In this document: in pieces, positions 62,670 to 64,000 of the stretch
Numbering within the stretch: the first letter of the stretch is position 1
Layout of the letters: the number at the start of each line of letters is the position of its first letter
NCBI GenBank assembly: GCA_963845565.1
Contig: CAWJSJ010000002.1
Coordinates: 192,001-256,000, forward strand
Length of the DNA: 64,000 nucleotides
Reading direction: 5' to 3'
Source of the DNA: an uncultured Methylomirabilota bacterium
GTDB taxonomy: Bacteria; Methylomirabilota; Methylomirabilia; Methylomirabilales; 2-02-FULL-66-22
The notes under the pieces: generated by a model
What the model was told of the DNA's origin: nothing
Databases searched by the model: none
What the model saw: only the letters and a program-made list of their open reading frames with translations
Position numbers and translations under genes: made by a program

Positions 62670-63752
62670 ATGAGCACGATCGACACCCCACCGGCGGCCG
62701 GCGGCTCCCCCCTCCGGCTGACGGAGTATGCCGCCTGCGCCGGCTGAGCGTCCAAACTGGGTCCGGCGGACCTACACGACATCTTGCAACACCTCGACAC
62801 GCACCGGCACCCCGACCTTCTGGTGGGGTTGGATCGGAGCGATGACGCCGCCGTGTACCGGCTGAACGACCAGCAGGCGATCATCCAGACCGTGGACTTC
62901 TTCCCGCCCATCGTGGACGACCCATACGTCTACGGGCTGGTGGCCGCCGCCAACTCGATGAGCGACGTCTACGCCATGGGGGGCCGAGTGCTGCTGGCGC
63001 TGAATGTGGCTGGCTTCCCCAAGGAATTCCCCCACGAGGCAATCGCGCGGATCTTCCAGGGCGGCGCCGACAAGGTGGCGGAAGCAGGCGCGGTCATCGC
63101 CGGCGGGCACACGGTGGTGGACCGGGAGCCCAAGTACGGCCTGGCCGTGACCGGCCTGGTCCATCCGGATCGCGTGATGATCAAAGGCGGGCTTCGCCCT
63201 GGCCACAAGCTGTTTCTCAGCAAGCCGCTGGGGACCGGCGTCATCGCGACCGCCGGCAAGGGGGCGTGCGTCACATCGGTCCACATGGACGCAGCCATCC
63301 AGAGCATGACCCGCCTGAACCGGGGCGCCGCGGAGGTCCTGTCGGATTTGGAGATCCGCGGTTGCACCGACATCACCGGCTTCGGTTTCCTCGGCCATGG
63401 GAGCGAGATGATCCGGGCCAGTGCGTGCGGATTCCGCGTCCGCGCCGAGGCGGTCCCGCTCCTTGCGGGGGCGGTGCAATACGCCGAACAGGGCCTGTTC
63501 GCCGGCGGGCTCGGCCGGAACCGGAAGTTCCTGACCAGCCTGGCCGGGCGGGGGGAGCTGGCGTTGCGGATTGCTCCCACGGTACCCGCCGTCCTGGTGG
63601 ACCTGCTTTTCGACTCCGAGACCTCGGGCGGCCTCCTGTTCTCCGCTCCGGCGGAGGTGGCCCCAGACCTCGTCGGGCGCTTCGCTGCGAAGGGCGAGGC
63701 CGTCTGGGAAATCGGCGAGGTCATCCCTGAGGTCGCCATCGAGCTCGTTTAA
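62670..63752 (+). CDS. selD: Selenide, water dikinase, selenocysteine-containing (TGA 62745-62747)
   Basis: RLTEYAACAG-TGA-ASKLGP; DDAAVY, QTVDFFPPIVDDP, AAANSMSDVYAMGG, TDITGFG, SGGLL. Confidence 0.95.
62758..62774 (+). promoter_or_regulatory. Putative SECIS hairpin of selD
   Basis: TG-GGTCC-GGC-GGACC-TA, 10 nt after the TGA. Confidence 0.6.
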
Positions 63753-63878
63753 CAGGCTGCTCAAAAAGGTCCATCTGCGGCGTTGTCGCCCTCGCGTGAC
63801 GCTGCGACGTATTGATCCAGTACCTCTCGCGTCCCGCATCGGGCGCCGTCTTGCATCTGGACCTTTTTGAGCAGCCTG
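63753..63878. repeat. Family B palindromic repeat, copy 6
   Basis: CAGGCTGCTCAAAAAGGTCCA...TGGACCTTTTTGAGCAGCCTG, 21-bp perfect IR. Confidence 0.9.
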
Positions 63879-63931
63879 AGGGAAGGCGCGTGTGTGCTAA
63901 CGGGCCGATTGAAGCCCGCGAAGGGGAAAAC

Positions 63932-64000
63932 ATGGCGCAGCCGGTTCGAGGGCGTGTCCTGGTGTTGGGAAGCGAGGGAATGGGACGCGGGGATGACGAG
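63932..64000 (+). CDS. YedF/DsrE-like selenium metabolism protein, partial (5' end only)
   Basis: MAQPVRGRVLVLGSEGMGRGDDE resembles the MGRGDDE motif of SelD-associated YedF proteins. Confidence 0.6.
   Translation, partial: MAQPVRGRVLVLGSEGMGRGDDE

Noticed and set aside
1..64000. CRISPR array from family A or B repeats
   Set aside because: Copies are dispersed kilobases apart rather than tandem with spacers, and no cas genes were seen

Overview
High-GC bacterial chromosomal window of mostly metabolic genes. No rRNA, tRNA, CRISPR array, transposase or phage gene was recognised. Main contents: (1) An ~21 kb co-directional light/photo-oxidative stress island (18.4-39.7 kb) with a CarH-type MerR/B12 photoreceptor, class II photolyase, folE, TspO, a DUF523-DUF1722 (RudS-like) protein, fasciclin, a C30-carotenoid-like tailoring set (aldehyde dehydrogenase, two CrtI/CrtN-family desaturases, acyltransferase, GT2) and a membrane tetraheme cytochrome c. 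(2) Two UGA-recoded selenoproteins that the ORF track truncates: SelD, and a UxxC ArsC/glutaredoxin-like protein overlapping the photolyase gene. (3) A GntR-centred divergent module with a TctABC-type transporter, Zn-dehydrogenase, ferredoxin, MoaD and two aldehyde:ferredoxin oxidoreductases. (4) Two families of dispersed palindromic intergenic repeats; all six copies of one family start exactly after a stop codon and share the same polarity. About ten genes carry frameshifts, most plausibly sequencing or assembly indels. All calls rest on motif recognition by eye; no database search was run.
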